Assembly (NCBI GenBank): GCA_048128005.1
Contig: JBEUKZ010000047.1
Location: forward strand, 558,001 to 580,742
Origin: Veleropilina oligotropha
Lineage: Eukaryota
DNA length: 22,742 nt
Direction: 5' to 3'
Part shown: positions 20,635 to 22,742 of the stretch, piece by piece
Numbering within the stretch: position 1 is the stretch's first letter
Layout: each line of letters starts with the position of its first letter
Notes under the pieces: generated by a model
What the model saw: the letters and a program-made list of their open reading frames with translations, nothing else
Told to the model about the DNA's origin: nothing
Databases searched by the model: none
Program-made: the position numbers and the translations under genes

Positions 20635-22437
20635 GATTAATTGAATTGAATTGATGTTTAACGACCACGCCGACACTATAATGGTCATAATCGGGTCGGT
20701 CAAGTTAATTATATAATAGTTTAATATAAAAAGATAAAAGTTGTGATACATATTTAATAATAAAATGAAACAGGTGTGAAAAATAATAAAACGAATCAAT
20801 ATATTTACAAGTAAAATAGGCAATGCAAATTTGGATAAAAGCAAATCAATAAAAGGAAAATTAACATGGTATATTTACAGGTTAAAACGATATATATGCA
20901 AAGCAATAAAATTAAAATAAAAACAAGTATAATAATAAAAACAAGATATCATATTTGTGAAATAAAATATAAATTATAACTTGTAAAAAATATTTACTTG
21001 TTTTAAAAACTCAAATATGTTTTCGAGCTTAGTGAATTTAAATAACTCTTGGAGTGAGTTTACCCTAAAGTGCTTTTGGCGTGCGAGATCCAAATCGACA
21101 CAATCCAATAATATATGTTTAATTGTTAGGGCAGTTGCACAAGGAATACACTCAGGTGGAGGCTCCCCTTTAAGCAAGTAGGAGTGAGTGTAATATGAAT
21201 GCCCAATTCTCAGTCTGGCCAAGACGACCTCCTCTCGCCGAGATGGCCTGCAAGAGGGTCCCCAGTCACCAAGAAGAGGTTGGACAATCTGCAGTTTATT
21301 CCTTGTGCATTCACTCCAAGAGTGCTGCCAAGTAGAATTTATATATTTGTTTATGCTTTGTTTAAAATCAGTGTGGGGCAATTTGCAGTTTAGTGTGTGG
21401 TTAAAATGCGAGGCTGCCTTGGCAGCTTGGTCAGCCTTCTCATTACCCTGGATACCGATATGGCTCGGTATCCAGCATAAAATAATGTCATTATCCGGTA
21501 AAAGGTTATTATATTTAATTAAAATATCTATAATAATAGGGTTTCTATTCACCCCCCTCAATGCCTGTAATCTAGAGAGGGAGTCTGAATAGATAATAAA
21601 ACGCTTGCTATTACTCATTGATATAAAATTGAGCGCAAGCTCGATTGCCTTCAATTCTGCAGTAAATATAGTCGCACTGCCTGACAGACGGTTTTGAAAA
21701 CATTGTCTACCAGTAACAGCGGCTGCTCCTACTAATTCTGCATCTTTTGAACCATCTGTATATATGCTTGCACGATCTGAATATTTTAAATTGAGATCGT
21801 GCACTTTTAAGAGATAATCTGATGTGTCTGTGTTTGATTTTTTTAGTGAAGTAAGATGTAGGTCAATTTCCGGTAATTTAAGTGTCCATGGTGGAGTATC
21901 CGGAATGTAATTTGTTCTAATTTGAGCTACATGTATGCCAGTGCTTTCTAGTGCAGGTTTTATGCGAATGCCGAATGGTGCAATTTTGTTTGGTTTTGCC
22001 AGAAATAAATTTTCGTAATTAGGTGTAAATACAGTTTCGAAAGCTGGGTTAGATGGGTGTGATTTTAATTTGATTGCATATTGCAGTGATAATTTTTCAC
22101 GTCTGTGTGTAAGAGATGGTTCATTTGCTTCAACATAGAGGCTTTCCATGGGTGATGTGCGGAAAGCCCCTAGTGCAAGTCGAAGCCCTTGGTTATGGAT
22201 TGGATCAAGCATGTTAAGATATGAATGGCGAGCAGAGCCATATACTATGCTCCCATAATCAAGTTTTGATCTAATTAATGATCTGTATAGTCGTAATAAA
22301 ACTGTTTTATCAGCACCCCATTCAGTATTAGAAACTACTTTCATTATATTTAAAGCTTTTTTACATTTAGCTTTAATGTATTTTAAATGCGGTATGAAAG
22401 ACAGTTTTCGGTCAAATACAAGGCCCAAAAATTTAAA
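20635..22437 (-). mobile_element. 5'-truncated I-group LINE (copy 3); ORF2 fragment 20974-22437
   Basis: Same motifs, open frame. Confidence 0.92.
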
Positions 22438-22460
22438 TAATAAAAAAAAACGCACACGAG

Positions 22461-22742
22461 ATGATCAAAACGCATAGTCAACGGGCACATATGTGGTCAA
22501 GATTAGGACAACATCTTCAAAACCGAAGAAAATATCTAAAGGACAGGGAAAGCGGAAAGCGATCACAATTCATTGCAACACATTCAGGACCAACTTCTAA
22601 CCATTCTTCTGTACTGGTACCTACTCCTGTCCATCAAAGGCCACTAGATCTGATGAAGTGAATACCATGGCCACCTGCCAATTGCAACCAACAGCCGCCA
22701 AAATGTCAACGTACAAAATCCCGAAAAAACAAGTACCGGTGT
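22461..22742 (+). pseudogene. Degraded unknown gene (copy 3, cut by the window end)
   Basis: Matches 5834-6115. Confidence 0.4.

Larger units (their letters stand above)
1..22742. repeat. Tandem array (macrosatellite / tandem segmental duplication) of a ~8.31-kb unit, about 2.7 copies visible, running off both window ends
   Basis: The sequence cttcaccctttcagggtggc recurs at 1, 8310 and 16621, and the whole ORF set repeats at offsets of 8309-8316. Differences seen are scattered SNPs and G-run lengths. Confidence 0.99.

Overview
Eukaryotic (probably invertebrate animal) genomic DNA made entirely of a head-to-tail tandem array of a ~8.31-kb unit: 1-8309, 8310-16620 and a partial copy at 16621-22742. 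The copies are near-identical. Each unit is a mosaic of mobile-element debris: a Polinton/adintovirus-type penton (minor capsid) pseudogene coupled by an ATGA overlap to an intact 119-aa ORF, a Helentron/HINE-like terminus, a frameshifted DDxD (maT/mariner-type) transposase with one TIR, a young 5'-truncated I-group LINE (RT thumb, RNase H, Zn finger), a degraded unknown gene, and 30-bp and 35-bp minisatellites. The main observation, invisible in the ORF track, is three short + strand candidate exons per unit (111, 82 and 98 nt; phases 2-2, 2-0, 0-2). They splice in frame within a unit and across units, giving a stop-free 291-nt / 97-aa repeat that includes a myosin-tail-like coiled coil. The array may therefore be an intragenic exon-multiplying macrosatellite with TE-filled introns. 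This gene model is inferred from sequence alone and needs transcript evidence.
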